A DNA stretch of 64,000 bases, taken from Chrysomallon squamiferum. Taxonomy: Eukaryota; Animalia; Mollusca. The notes beneath the pieces were generated by a model. That model saw only the letters and a program-made list of their open reading frames with translations. It searched no databases and had not been told where the DNA came from. This document shows, piece after piece, positions 23,245-40,992 of this stretch. A program made the position numbers and the translations under genes. How positions within the stretch are numbered: the stretch's first letter is position 1; every line of letters begins with the position of its first letter. Where the stretch lies: NCBI GenBank assembly GCA_012295275.1, contig CM022674.1, forward strand, positions 17,360,001 through 17,424,000, in the 5' to 3' direction.

Positions 23245-23640
23245 CTAGTAGGTTTAGAGGAAGCTAGTATGTATATCTTGTTAATTTTTTAGTAATAGTA
23301 TAAGTAGTAACAGTATAGTAGGTTTAGAGGTAGCTAGTATGTATATCTTGTAAATGTTTTAGTGGTTGTAATTATAGTAATAATACAGTAGGTTTAGAGG
23401 AAGCTAGTATATACATCTAGTTAATGTTTTAGTGGTTGTAATTATAGTAATAGTATAGTAAGTTTAGAGATAGATAGCATGCATATCTTGTTAATTTTTT
23501 AGTAATAATAATTGTAGTAACAGTATAGTAGGTTTAGAGGAAGCTAGTATGTACATTTAGTTAATTCTTTAGTGGTTGTAATTATAGTAATAGTAGAGTA
23601 GGTTTAGAGGTAGCTAGTACGTACATCTTCTTAATTTTGT
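23245..23640. repeat. ~72-bp minisatellite
   Basis: Repeated tagtaggtttagagg(a/t)agctagtatgta..ttaat..ttagtggttgtaattatagtaa; partner at ~63080-63660. Confidence 0.85.
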
Positions 23641-23675
23641 TCTAATGTCACTAAACAAAATTCAAGTCAAATCAC

Positions 23676-26931
<3,256 letters not shown>

Positions 26932-27609
26932 CTTGTCTCTCGTGATAAAGGTTCCCTTGTTACATTTAAAACTTCTTTTTTTTCTCATATATGTATCTGG
27001 CCTACTTCTTTAGATAGCAGAAATAAAATATTGGTAATAAATATTAAAAATGTAACTGATTTTCTTATCAGTTTATTTAATTAATTGTTACGGTCTGTTT
27101 CAAAGGCGGATCGATTGTTCTAGAACTGGCGAAGTTTCAGATGAAATGTAAAAACATTCAAGGTATTTGCAAAAGTAGAAAATGCTCGACTATATTTCAT
27201 AAGCTAATAAACAAGGATAGATTCTGAGTGCCGCCCATTCTGAATTACATTTGGATGAACAAAACAAGGTTGTGTGTAGCAGACTATATCTATCAACTAA
27301 CATAAACTAGTATGCTCAGCTCCTGAATAACTGACATACTTTTCCTATCTGCTGGTTGTCAGTTTCGACTTCCCCGTCCATCATACTTGTTTTGTGTCCA
27401 CATCGATTCCAGGAATTACAGAAATACACAATTCATGCTTGACCTGCTACAGTTCTTTATGAATTCTTTGTCGATCGGAACGGTTGACAGAACATAATAT
27501 ATTGTTTACTCGTATGAAATAATATCATAATTTAAAAAAATAATTTGACAGTTCTGTCCAAAAAGTTAAAACTAGATTTGATAAAGGACGTCATTGTTTG
27601 CACCGTGAT

Positions 27610-28650
27610 ATAGGGTTAGGGTTAGAGTTAGAGTTAGGATTGTTTAAATTTTATTATAAATGTTATGATAAACTGCAAAATAATTTGAGTGTCACGATTG
27701 GAAGTAGCGTTAGGGTAAGATTTAAAGTTGGGGACCTCCGTAGGATTAGGTTTAGAAGTTGAGCTAGGGAGAGAGTTAGAGTTAGCTTTAAGGTTAGAGT
27801 TAGGGTTAGGGTTTGGATTAGTGTTAGTGTTAGGGTTAGGGTTAGGGTTTTGGTTAGGGTTAGAGTTTGTGTTAAGGTTAGGGTTAGGTTTAAAGTTAGC
27901 GTTAGGGTTAGGGTTAGGATTTGGGTTAGGCTTAGGGTTACGATTAGAGTTAAAGCTAGTGTTAATTAAAATTTATTATGAGCATTATGATAAAGTGCAA
28001 TGTAATTTGAAGTCGGGATTGGAAGTAACGTTAGAGTAAGAATTAATCTGGCGGACATGGGTAGGATTAGGTTTCGAAGTTGACCTAGGGTTCGGCTCAG
28101 GCTAAGGGTTAACGCTAGGGTTATTTAAATTGTGTTGTGGGCTAGGGTTAAGGTTACGGTTACGTTTATGGTTAGGGTTAGGAATAGAGGAAGGGTTATC
28201 TAACATTTATTATGAATGTTATGATAATGTGGAAAGTAATATCAGAGTTAGAGTTAGAAATAATATTGACGACGTGGGTACGATTAGGTTTACAACTTCA
28301 CCTAGGATTAGGGTTAGCGTTAAAGTTAGGGTTAGAGCTGGGGTTATTTAAACTTTATTTTTAGTGTTATGATAATGTCCAAAATAAACTGTTTGTAACG
28401 ATTTGAAGTAGCGTAAGGGTAAGAATTAATGTGGCGGAATTCCTTAGGATTAAGTTTAGAAATTCAGCTAGGATTAAGGTTGGGGTTAGGGTTAGGGTTA
28501 GGGTTAGAGCTAGGATTATTGCAATTTTATCATTAGTGTTCTTATAATGTGTAAAATAATTTGGGGGTCACGATTGGAATTAGCGTAAGGGGAAGAATTT
28601 TAAGGGGATTAAGTTTAGAAATTGAGCTAGGTTAAGGATTAGGATTAGGA
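27610..28650 (+). repeat. Interstitial TTAGGG-derived composite satellite
   Basis: Degenerate (TTAGGG)n tracts alternating with a recurring block tttattat..tgttatgataa...cgattggaagtagcg at ~27649, 27971, 28206, 28353 and 28525. Confidence 0.85.
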
Positions 28651-28933
28651 TACAGCATTTGCCTCTTATTTCTTTATTTGTTTTTTGGGGGGGAGGGAAA
28701 TAGCAAAATAATCTTGTATCTGAAATCCACATTTTTCTTCTTTTATTTCAACACTAAATATCTGAAATCTACATTTTACTTCTTTTATTTCAAACTAAAT
28801 TAATTCTACGCTTACTGGATGTACCCGTTTTTAAACACGAGTCCCAAAAATATAGAAAACACTGTCTGTGTAATAATAATAATAATTATTATTATTATTA
28901 TTTTTATTATTATTATTATTACTACTACTACTG

Positions 28934-28972
<39 letters not shown>

Positions 28973-28989
28973 AAAGTACTACTACAGCA

Positions 28990-29400
28990 AAGTTATAGAA
29001 TGCAGAAAAGTAAAATATAGCTAAGCGATATGATTTATTTTATTTAAACTCGATTGTTCTTGTGTTATAGATTTAAAGACAAATTAAATATAATTTACCC
29101 GATTTATAAGTGTTTGTTTTTTTTAATATTCATAATGTTTGTTATTATTAGTGTTTTTATTTGTCAATATTCTTGTTAATTCAAAATAATTGTTAACTCA
29201 TCAAGAACGAGAACTTTGCTATTTGACCAGATATGACTGTGAGACTTACCTCCCTTCTACGATGCTAAAACCCTTCAACCCCGTAGTTTCATAAAGAAAG
29301 AACCGCAAAGTTTCAGAGATCGAAACCGCCAGATTCAAGGTATTCCCCATTGCTGATAAATGAACACATTATTAATCAATTAATGTATTAAGAATACTTC
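28990..29400 (-). pseudogene. Orphan degenerate duplicate of one tyrosine decarboxylase exon with flanking introns
   Basis: 29250-29352 aligns to 39834-39932 (QWGIP*IWRFRSLKL...); flanks align to ~39570-39985. Confidence 0.85.
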
Positions 29401-29656
29401 AAAAACATTTTTTTGTGTTATGATTCTATTGACCATACTATCCTATACAGATCAGGTACTATAATTATATAAACAGTGAGCGAATAACAACATTGGATGA
29501 AAGAAAGGAGAAAAAGACAAATACATAACGACATTATAACATTTTTAAATTAATCAAATGAATTTTCAGACAAAATTTTTCTTTCTTAATTATTGGTTTT
29601 ATTATTATTGTTGTTGTTGTTGGTGGTGGTGGTGGTAGTGTTATTATTATTATTAC

Positions 29657-29689
<33 letters not shown>

Positions 29690-30493
29690 CATTATTATTA
29701 TTATTACTTGTCCATATTTTTATGATCATCATCTTCATAATCATCATCATTATTATTTTATTACGGAACAGCAAATTATTTTGTTCAGGATTATTTTGCT
29801 CCTGCCAGGACCTAGTTTTAGTTATTTAATAGCTGGACCAAAAGATAAGCCACAGACATAACGAATACAAATATAGCATGGCGTATGTCTACATACCTGA
29901 TCGACTTTAGCTCAATTGATAAGACGTCATTTGCTTCACTATCCTTTTTTACGGTCATTACATCAGTATTTCATAACAACAACAACAACAATAACAACGT
30001 CAGAAGCAACAACAACAACAACAACCATAGCTATAATTGAAAGAAAGAAATAATTCAGTTACAAAGATGTTGTTTCAGTATTTTGAACTGATCTATCTAA
30101 TATACTTTTCTGACATAATTAACGCGCCTAGTGTATTTTTGAACTGTACAGTCATTTGCCAAATGGTATCATCTGTAAACAATCAAACAAACAAACAAAC
30201 AATCAAATAAATAAATAAATAAATAAATAAATAAATCTAACAAACGATGTACAATTATTTCATGTTCGTGTGCAAGCGCAAATGCCATGACTGGAAGTTA
30301 GGACTCGTTTGCCAAGATTTGGAACCTATCTCTCCGGAAGAATGCATCGCAATAACAGATAATAGTCGTCAACAACAAAATAAAGCAGAAACTTGTAAGA
30401 GATCAGATGAACTGTTCTTCTTATTTATTATGCTGACTGATCTCACCAGACGACAAAATCACGGTAAGAAAAATCTGTAATGTTACAGGCATA

Positions 30494-30653
<160 letters not shown>

Positions 30654-30747
30654 CACTGGCACGGAACAAATCGCTCAACATTTAAGGGAAACTAGAAGCT
30701 GTTTACAGTGAATATATCATTAAACGTATTATTTATTATATATAAAT

Positions 30748-30797
<50 letters not shown>

Positions 30798-31360
30798 CTA
30801 TATATATATATATAATCTTAAGAAAGAAAGGGCAAAAGAAAAAAGGAACCCCTTAGCTATCAGTATCGCTACAGTATATCGCTATAGTATATTGCTACAG
30901 GAGGTATAAATTATCTCGTGTTAGGTTTATATGGTAGAATAGGTTTTAAGTCCATGTAACGATAAACAATATAATCGTGACACATTCAGTTTTCTGCAAC
31001 GTTTAATAACTAGGACTACGCACTTCCGTATTTAATCTCTGTCGTTACAAATACCACTAGCAGCACAAGAACAAATCGTAAAAAATATGTTCAGTAAAAT
31101 GTCTGCTGATATGGCTATGATAGAAATTGCACGATTGCATACATTTATATCTTAGCTTTGATTGGTTAATATTTATTTCTTTACTTACTTACTTATTTAA
31201 TTATTTATTTATTTGTTAGTTTCTGTTTGTTTCTTTGTTTATTATCATTATTGTCATTGTTATTATCATTTTTCCTTTTACTTTTTTTTAAGCAAGTGGC
31301 AAAATTATTTTATTTTTTAAATAACGATTGTCTATTTTATATTTATAATGTTATTTTCAG

Positions 31361-33792
31361 GCATTTAAAAATGTATAAGAGAGAGATAGAATGCTTGGCA
31401 GATATAATTTTACAAATAGTACACAAACGTACCAAAGTTTTGATAATTCAGTATTAAATGTATTTTAAAAAATAGAAAAACCCTCAGTGTTATATTTAAT
31501 GATGAAAATACCACAACTGGTGAAGATTTAACAGAAATCACTGATTCACTGTTATATTTTATTTCAGAAGTATATCTCGCTTTGATAAATTTTATGATAA
31601 TGACGTCTTCGAAACGAGTGGGTGGTATTACCAAGATGATCTTCCAGAAGAGGAACAATTTGAAAGGAAAGTCACAGCAGATACAATAGAAGATTTAGAA
31701 GAGAAACCACTTGATTTGAAAGTAAAACTAGATCTAAAACAGGTTTCAAGGCAAAAACAACTTGATGTCAAAATGAAAAGAGTTCCGTTTCAAATTATAC
31801 AGCAAAAATAGCTTGATGTGAAGAGGAAAGCTCATCCAGTACAAGATGCACAGAAGAAAAAAACTTGGCGTGAAAGTTACAGCAGATCGAGCACAAATTT
31901 CAAAGCGAGAACAATTACGTGTAAAAGTGAATGCAAATCCAGCTCAACTTTCACAGCAGAAACAACTTGATGTCAAAGTGAAAGTAGATCCAGCTCAACT
32001 TTCACAGCATAAACAACTGGATGTCAAAGTGAAAGCACATCCAGCTCAACTTTCACAGGAGAAACAACTTGATGTGAATGACAGCCTTGAAATAATGAAT
32101 AACATCAATGAAATAGAAGGTCTGCTTTGTGAGAAATGTGTATGGAGTCAGTGTGTAATACACTCAAATACAAACAAAGACGGAGATTTGTGACAAGTGG
32201 GTCAACTTTGACATAGTGGAGAATGAGGTGATCGAGCAGTGTTTTTGTAGTCTGAAGTCAGACACAGGAAATATAGAGGTGAGTTAAAAAAAAAACCAGA
32301 AGCAAAAATGAAATTTCATTTATATGGAATAAAGTATAAGTTTTAATAACAGTGACATATGAGAATGTAGTTTTACTTTTGTTTCAGAGTACATCCTTGA
32401 GAAGGTATTGGCCACAAGTTCAGTCCTCCTTGGATCCTGATCTAACCAATGTCCTAAGTTTTATCTTTTTGAAAAAGTATGTATTAAAAATAATTTGAAA
32501 AATAATAGTTCATTAAGACATCTCCGAAGATTTCCTCTCTTGTTTTAAGTATACTCTTCTACTATTTTTATTACTTAATACTACACAACAATATGTAAAC
32601 ATGTTATGTTTTAATCGTATTGCAATTGTACTATTACTTTTTTGTGCCACTAATTAAAATTTACTACATCTATATCTATAATCTATACTCATATATATAG
32701 AGAGAGACATACACACATTTGTTTTGTTTTTTCAGTTTTCAAAGAATTTCTCTATTTCATCAAAGTAATTTCATTCAATTGTTGTTGATTTTCACTTAAT
32801 GACAGTTTTAATTTGTGAGGAACTGGGAGTGGTTGATGTCAAAGTTCAGCGTCTCTCAACAGCATCGTATGTCACTGGACAAGAAGACAACTTCACACAG
32901 CTCACACAGTGGTGTTGGTATTTTGAGGCAGACTCTGGAAATTGGTTGCCTTATGAACCAGTGAATATTAATTTTATTTTCTTGATGAACTACTTTTTTA
33001 TTTTTTATTCTTATTTATTTTATTTTTTATTTTTTATTTTGTTTATTTATTTATTTATTTATTTTTATTGCAAAAATTTAAAAAAATAATTTGTTTTAAA
33101 AAAAACAAAAACAACATTATACGTAACAAAGATATATAATATTTAAAGAAATGAAAATTTATAAAACATCAATTTAAAAAAAGTAAGAAGAAAGAAAGAA
33201 AGAGATGTCTAAAATGTTAATGTTAATACCTATAACATTGTGTTTCTAATATATTAATATTTATCAAATAAAAATAATCTGTTGTATCACATATCACATT
33301 CATACATAGTCAAAGAATATCACATCATGTCACACAACTGACGTTACATTACATATAACATATATCATTCGCATACGATATATCATTACACAAAGTATAA
33401 TATTATATAAAACAGCATATTGTGTTTATTTTAGAAAAGTCTGCAGTATACTCTTGAACTGAAGTACTTGGCTGGGCAACCATTTTATAACTTTGAAACA
33501 GACAAATATCAGTATGAAATAAATTTTAGCCAGATGACCCAAACAAATTTGAATACATTAAAACAAAGACGACTGCTGAGGAGACCTGCTTTTGTTTCCA
33601 GTGATGATGTACAGAGACAAAAAAAAGTGTAAATAGAAAAATATTGTACAAGAACAATAACTTTCGATTAAGATGTTTTCCACCTCACGTTCACTTATTT
33701 TAAATGTTTTTGTCTCTTAACGTTTTAAAATATTTTCTGTCGTTATCGTATATCTTAATATCCTACTTCATTGTTTTTTTTTAAAACTTTTT

Positions 33793-33887
<95 letters not shown>

Positions 33888-35790
33888 TTATTTATTTTTA
33901 TTATATAATAAAATAAAATATCAGAGTTCATCGATGTCTTTCGTCCAAGAAGTTTCCACGTTCACCAACTCTCCCAGACAACTGGTGGCCTCTAGACTGT
34001 TACCAACCAGTAGAACTGGTGAAACTAAAACTTGATGACTTGACCGAAGACGAGGAGGTGAAAACTGTGATGAAATTATTTTTCTCTACCATGAACAAAT
34101 CGGAAGTCAAATTGAAATCTTTGTTTCGCATTCAGAATCTACCCATGTGGGAAAGGTACTGTAGGTAAGAGTCCACAATTTATGACACTGTTTACATACA
34201 ATTAAATAGCCTAAATACATTATGTATTCTTCTCAAGATATGTTTTATTTATTTATTTATCATAATCATTATTTTTGTATCCAATCTTAGTTCATAAATA
34301 ATTTATTATATATGATTTGTTTGCCTCAGATACAGGTGTTTTTATGTCATCATAATTATAATAAAAATCAGTGATAGATATTTAATTATGTCTCATTTAA
34401 ATAATCATTGATAGACATTAAATAGTTTTCATTAAATAATAAATATAGATATCTTTGTACTTTAATAATTAGTGATAGATGTGTAATCAGTATGTATTCA
34501 TTAAATAAATAATCAGTGATAGATCTTTAATCAGTATGTACTGATTAAATTAATAATCAATGATCGATGTCTATAATTTAAATAAATAATCAATGATAGA
34601 TATTTGATTAATATTTTCTCATGCTAATTAAATAAATGATTGATTTGCAATTGTAAAGAGAAGATTATATGATATATTTCAGTAGTGTTGGAAACAAACA
34701 ACTGACTTTCAACAGCCATCTGTAGTTTTATGAAAGAAATAGTTGATCTCCAAATAGTTGAGAAGTAATCAATAATATTTGTAAATATTATGAATCTTTC
34801 GAGACCAAATGTAGTTTTCTCTTTTGCAGTATGAGAAATGCAATGTCGATGAAGAGGGATGATGAAGGAGATATTAACGAAAGATTTCTCTTTCATGGAA
34901 CCAGTGATGACGTCAGTGTCATACATGGAATCTGCCACAACAACATCGATTTCAGACTGAACGGCAAACATGGAACATGGTACGGAAAGGGGGCTTATTT
35001 TGCCCGGGATGCCAAATACAGCCACAGATACACCACAGGATCACATTGCTTCATGTTCATTTCAAAGGTTCTTGTAGGCCAGTATGCAAAAGGTAAAAGT
35101 TCCTATTGTCGGCCTCCTTCTAGGAAAGGACATGTTCTTTATGATTCCTGTGTCGATGATGTAAATAATCCATCAATTTTTGTAATCTTTGACACTTCTC
35201 AGAGTTACCCAGTGTTTCTACTTGAATATTCTGTGGAGACCAGACCAGAATTGCCTTCATCAAGCTCCTCAGTACTTGTTTCACAGGCGATAACTCCTAC
35301 CAGAAATTCTCAAATGCACACTTCAGTTAGCAGTACAGCCAATACTACCAACACAACACCAATATTTCACAGTTCTACTTCTACAACCAAAATCCAACAC
35401 AAAACCAATATTTCAACAAACACCAACATTTTACAGTTCTATTTCTACAGCAAATACTTCCAAAACAAAACCAAGATTTTACAGTTCTACTTCTACAGCC
35501 AATACTTCCAACACAACACCAAAGCCAATAGTTACTTCCAAACAACACCAATATTTCACAGTTCTATTTCTACAGCCAAGTTCCAACACAACCACCAAAA
35601 ATTCACACTTCTACAGTAAATACTTATAACACAACACCAAGTTTTATTTTTACAATTCTACAGTTAAAATCTACATTTCCAACACAACACCAAATTCAAA
35701 TTCTACAGTAAAACTTCCAACACTTCACTTCCAACAAGTTCAACTTCCACAGATACTGCTAACGCATCATACCTATGTGCGATTCTGTGA
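31361..35790 (+). pseudogene. WWE + mono-ADP-ribosyltransferase PARP (TiPARP/PARP12-like); multi-exon, with lesions
   Basis: Exons ~31568-32278 (17-aa repeats; KWVNF..NEVIEQCFC), ~32388-32476, ~32735-32960 (VDF..VQRLSTAS..WCWYFEADSGNWLPY), 33435-33628 (YEINFSQMTQTN..RRP), 33925-34164 (PDNW..RIQNLPMWERY), 34830-35790 (H-Y-I triad: FHGT / GAYFA / PSIFV; ends CAIL*). Lesions: TAG 31809-31811, frameshifts near 31860 and 32190, TAA near 32766, garbled tail with TAA 35617-35619. The 5' end is uncertain. Confidence 0.85.
31700..32080 (+). repeat. 51-bp coding repeat (17-aa KQLDVKVKxDPAQLSQx)
   Basis: About 7 units of aaacaacttgatgtcaaagtgaaag..ccagctcaactttcacag. Confidence 0.85.
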
Positions 35791-38043
35791 CATTTTGAAA
35801 CACATTTATATCTCTTGGAATGATAATTTTTATTTATTTCTTGTTTTTGTTTTTACTTTAATTATCTTCTTAAATAATCTCGTTTTACTTGTTTTTCTGT
35901 ATGCAGTGTAGATTTTTATTAATACTTTGTTAGCAGGTTTTGTTATTTAGGACAAGGACATCTTAACACACGTGAACACTGGAAACTTGCCCAGGGGTCA
36001 CACAAGTATGTTGTGACTTACAGTCAATAAATAAATATACAGCTATACTATACCATTCTATACTATACCATTCTATACTATACTATACTGTACTATACTA
36101 TAATATAATATAATATAATATATACTATATAATATAATATATATTTATATAACGTAACATAATATATTATGCTGTGAAGATTTGTTATTGGAAAATGCAT
36201 ATTATCATTTGGTTCACTAAAGATAATAAACATTATTAAAGTTAAGTTTGATGATAAAAAGTGGACACTGTGTAGGTATGCGGCCCAATGAACTGTTTTT
36301 TCCACAGGGCTATAATGCAGTTAAGATGGCCTTGTTTATTTTGTTACTTGCTGGGAAGAGTTTGTTTGGTTTAGAGCAACCAAAATAAACAAAAAACAAA
36401 AAAGTTATTTTTCTATTTCATAGTTCATGCGCACATTTCAATGTATCTATTCTCAAACTGATCAGTTGTTGACTACCACTTCTGCCAACTCCACAAGTGC
36501 AGGATGTGTGGTTTGAAGCAATGGATAACGGACCTGATGTTCCACAGGCAGAGACATTAATTGAGTATGTGCTTTCTACATGGCTACACGATGATGCCAG
36601 ATTTCGTTTGATTTTGTGGATTCATCATCTGACCATTGGCCCCTGAACAAAAAATGATGTGGACATTTTTCATTTCAGAATCAACTTCACCATCCGAATA
36701 TATACAGATTTGTAGAATTGATAAAAGGAATAGAAACACTAGAACCTACTAATTTGAGGCAGACAAACTTTGGATCTGCCCCACCATCAAGAGAGTTTAT
36801 AAACAGACAGAACATAGATTAGTGAGACTGAAAACACAGCTAATCCTTGGCCGGGAGGTTATGGTCTGTTCCACTAAACACGGGTATGCGATGCAGTAAT
36901 AATCACACTGTAATTTCCTGATCTAATCTTAACTCTTGATCGCAACTAAAATGAAAACTGTTCAAATTAACAGTTGTACCATAATAGCACATACACATTC
37001 ATGTGTATGTGAGTGAGTAATTTTAAACAAAAGTGTATATATACAAATATACATACACACAATTGCTCTGCTGGCAGTACCAATTTTTGTAGGATGGCAA
37101 ACGCATAGATCAACTTGAAATTCGTTCCGAATTCATGTGGCAAGCGTACATTAGTACATCAGGGACACTGATTCAGGATCAAGAGTAGTAAACGAGGTAC
37201 TGTTCATTGGAAGTGTTGCAAAGTCGGTTGTCCATTTACTATTAATACCTCGAGAGATTTAGTTACGAGCTACCGAAATCTTCACAACCATGAACGCGAC
37301 AGATGTCATAAAATGAATAAATTTTATGAATAACTATAATTTTAATTATGTGAATGTTATGAATGTCCGATTATTTATAGATGTAATAAAATTAGCAAAT
37401 GTTATGAATGACTATACTTTTAACTATGCAGTAAAATAAACGATGAAGTGATTGAGCGATTTTTTCAGGTTATTTATTGAATCAGACTATTCCATACTCG
37501 CTTATTGTACCAGGGGTTAGCACGTATCAGTGATTTCTATATAAGAACAATAGAGTTCTGTATAAGAACAATAATACGGAGACACCCCGTGTTATTCAAG
37601 GTAAACGGCAGGTTATTAGTAATGCGCTCAACCTTGTCTTGTATTGTTTAATGCCTCCGCGTTATGGGACCTCAGTCTTTTGGGAGGGCACCCACAGATT
37701 CACGAGTCAGTATGACACAAAGAATTACATTACACAGGTGTGTGCGTCAGTAGTATATACAAAGAATTACATTAAACCGGTGTGTGCCTCAGTAATATAT
37801 ACAAAGAATTAGATTACAGGCATGTTTGGGTCAGTAAGCTATATAAGTGAATACATAACAGGTTACAAAGGTCAGTACGATATACAACGGATTATATTAC
37901 AGTGGTATATGGGTCGGTAGGGTAGACAATGATTTACGTTACAGCGTTGAAGATCTGAGCATATTTCTCAAAAACAATATTACAATCAGGCAAAATACAT
38001 TAAAGGAACAAGTTACATCAGACTCTGTTACAGAAGTGTATGG
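34500..38043 (+). repeat. Segmental duplication A, copy 2
   Basis: Aligns to ~1200-4623. Confidence 0.95.
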
Positions 38044-38302
38044 TTATCTGTTCATTAGATTTTGAAGTTCATTGTTACAATATATTTTTATTATAAGGCA
38101 ATGTATAATTAATTATATTGCTGACGTTAAATGGGTCATGTGTAGTTATATATAATAGTGGTGTACTGACCACGTAGAATTAAATCATATGGGTACAGGT
38201 GTCAGATATCTTATTATATGGATCATAAGAGGCTGTAGGATCAATCCTTCTTAGAGTACCCTTTGCATTATATTTCTTCTTAGCGATAGGATGTGTGTGT
38301 AT

Positions 38303-38340
<38 letters not shown>

Positions 38341-39055
38341 AAAATTATTGATAACTGAAACCCTCTATTTTTTTCTTTGTTACAATTATCATGTAGGCAA
38401 CAGGATTGTTGGTAAATTTAGACTCACTGACTATTCAGTTATTTTATATAACTAAATGTCAGTCAGTACCTTGCTTACTCACACTGGCACACTGAAGAAA
38501 CGGAAAACAATTTAATTTACAAATTTCATTTCATTTGTTACTTTCCATCATATAAATGATGACTGCTTGACAGACATATAATAAACAAAAGTTTTTTCGG
38601 GCATAATTACATGCAAGCCATTTATGAAAATGAATATTACTCGTAGTCATGCAAAAAGAGTTCTATGAAAGATATCCATGCTTAAGAAAAGAAAAACAGA
38701 TTTTAATTGTATTTAATATTTCTCTCATTACTATTGATTTATGTCTATGATCTTCTACCACTGTATTAAATCAAATGTTATATTTTAGATAGCAAAAAAG
38801 ACGTAACTTAACTGAACTAAAGGTTGATATATATCGATAAACAAACCGATTAGAAATAAATATACATAGATACGGACACAGAGACAGACAGACAGACAGA
38901 TCACTGGTTGAAACGCTTAGCTGTTATTATTTGTATTAATAGTATTGTATTAGTACTAGTAATACACAATTCAGTGAAATAGTTCTGATATGCATTCATT
39001 TTACCACGTTTTATTATCTTATGCTAGCGAACATTAATTCTAATTTAATTCTGAC

Positions 39056-40916
39056 CTTAAGACGGAAACAAACGAGACCCATGGTAACTTCTCCGAGTAT
39101 TTCAAACCGATCATCTTTTTCTACCAGACTTTCAAACAGCTTCGCCAGACGAACATGCTGAATAATAACTTATATAAATATATACTGCTAACAAGATAAT
39201 AATTAGCTGAGAGAAAACACATTGTCTGTGTCACACAATAATAATGTAATACACGGATATTTTTATGATGTTTATTTGATATTGTGAAGATGGTCAATGT
39301 TGGTCTTTAACACAAAATATTAATATTTCAAAGAATGCTTCGTGAAAAATAATAAGATAAAAACACATGTAAATAAATTCAAATACCTGAAACTACCTTG
39401 TGTTCCTTGTAAGTACCTAATGTACAAGACACTTTATTGTACATATTAAAATATAAATCATATGTATTCGGCCGGAATTATTTAATTACATATTTGGTTT
39501 AAATGGAACTTACATGTCCCATTTGGTGCAGAAATATATCATTTAAAAAACAAGAGAACAAAAACAAAGTAATGGAATATATAAAAGAAAAAATAGCCTA
39601 GCGATATGATTTATTTTATTTAAAGTCGGTTGTCATTCTATTATAGAGAAACATTTAATATAATTTACCCGATTTATATGTTAATTTGTTTTATTAATCA
39701 TAATGTTTCTTATTGTTGGTGTTATTATCTGTATCATCATCATTATTATTTATTAATATTCTTGTACTAACAATTGTTAACTCATCAAGAACGAGAACTT
39801 TGCTATTTCACCAAATATGACTGTGAGACTTACCTCCCTTATACGATGCTGAAGCCCTTCAACGCCGTAAGTTCGTAAAACGAACCAAAGTTTCAGAGAT
39901 CGAAACCGCCTGCCTAAAGGAATTCCCCAGTGCTGATAAATGAACAAATTATTAATCAATTAATTAACCAAAATACTCCGAAATTTTTATTGTTTGATGT
40001 GTAAACTGATCTTCCGACCCTAGACCAGACGTAAAGACCAGACATAGATATTTACATGTACATTTTTGTTTTCAACTTGCTGTAATGGATACAAAACAGG
40101 AAATGAAATGATCAAATGAGTAACAGCGCTTTTGTTAAACTGTATCAGTAAAAATATGATAATGTTTCAATATAAATTAATTAATTAATATTTACTTACT
40201 CTGAAGTCAATTGCTTGGTCTCCATGTTTATGTTGTAGATAGAGTGGATCAACAGTTAGAGCTCCCGATAATGTGTCCTGTTCTCTCACCCTGAAATAAA
40301 TATATACATAGACAAACAGAGAGACAGATACATATGTATTTATAGATATATAAATAGAGACATAAACATGTATAGTATGTACATAGATAGGCATCCAGAT
40401 ATACAAATATACAGATAGACGAATGAATAAATGAAACACATATTGATAAGTAAATAAATAAATAAATAGTAAGATAGAAACAGTGACAGACAGACACATG
40501 TAAAAATTGTTGAACAAATAAATAAATAAAAAAAATAAACACCCAAATAAGTAAGAAAATAGTGATTATGAAACCAGATACGTGAATTAATTTGTTATTT
40601 ATATTTAATCCTTACCACATCAATGAACAGTCAAAATTTACTTGCAACCATTTATTTGTGCTGACATTCAGAGAGTTGGCATTCTACAAATTAAAACAAA
40701 AATATGAATGAAAACACTTTTATACCAAAACTAACGTTTTAATACGTCAACCTTTGACCTACTTGTGTGTAAATAAGCTAATAAACCTGAAATTAATTTT
40801 TGTCCTTTAGCACTGTACTATTTGTATACGAGAGAATGATTTTAGTGTATGTCAAAAATACTTCTCGTTCTTAAGTATTGTTGTTGTTAATGTTTTTGTC
40901 GTTATTTATATGTAAA

Positions 40917-40992
<76 letters not shown>

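Noticed and set aside
27250-27520. Complex-looking sequence upstream of the PAN-YWTD gene
   Set aside because: Stops in the frames I examined and no recognisable domain.
27728-28351. Gly/Leu-rich ORFs
   Set aside because: They are translations of TTAGGG-like repeats.
30247-30480. 77-aa ORF with a donor-like gtaaga
   Set aside because: No recognisable motif or partner exon.
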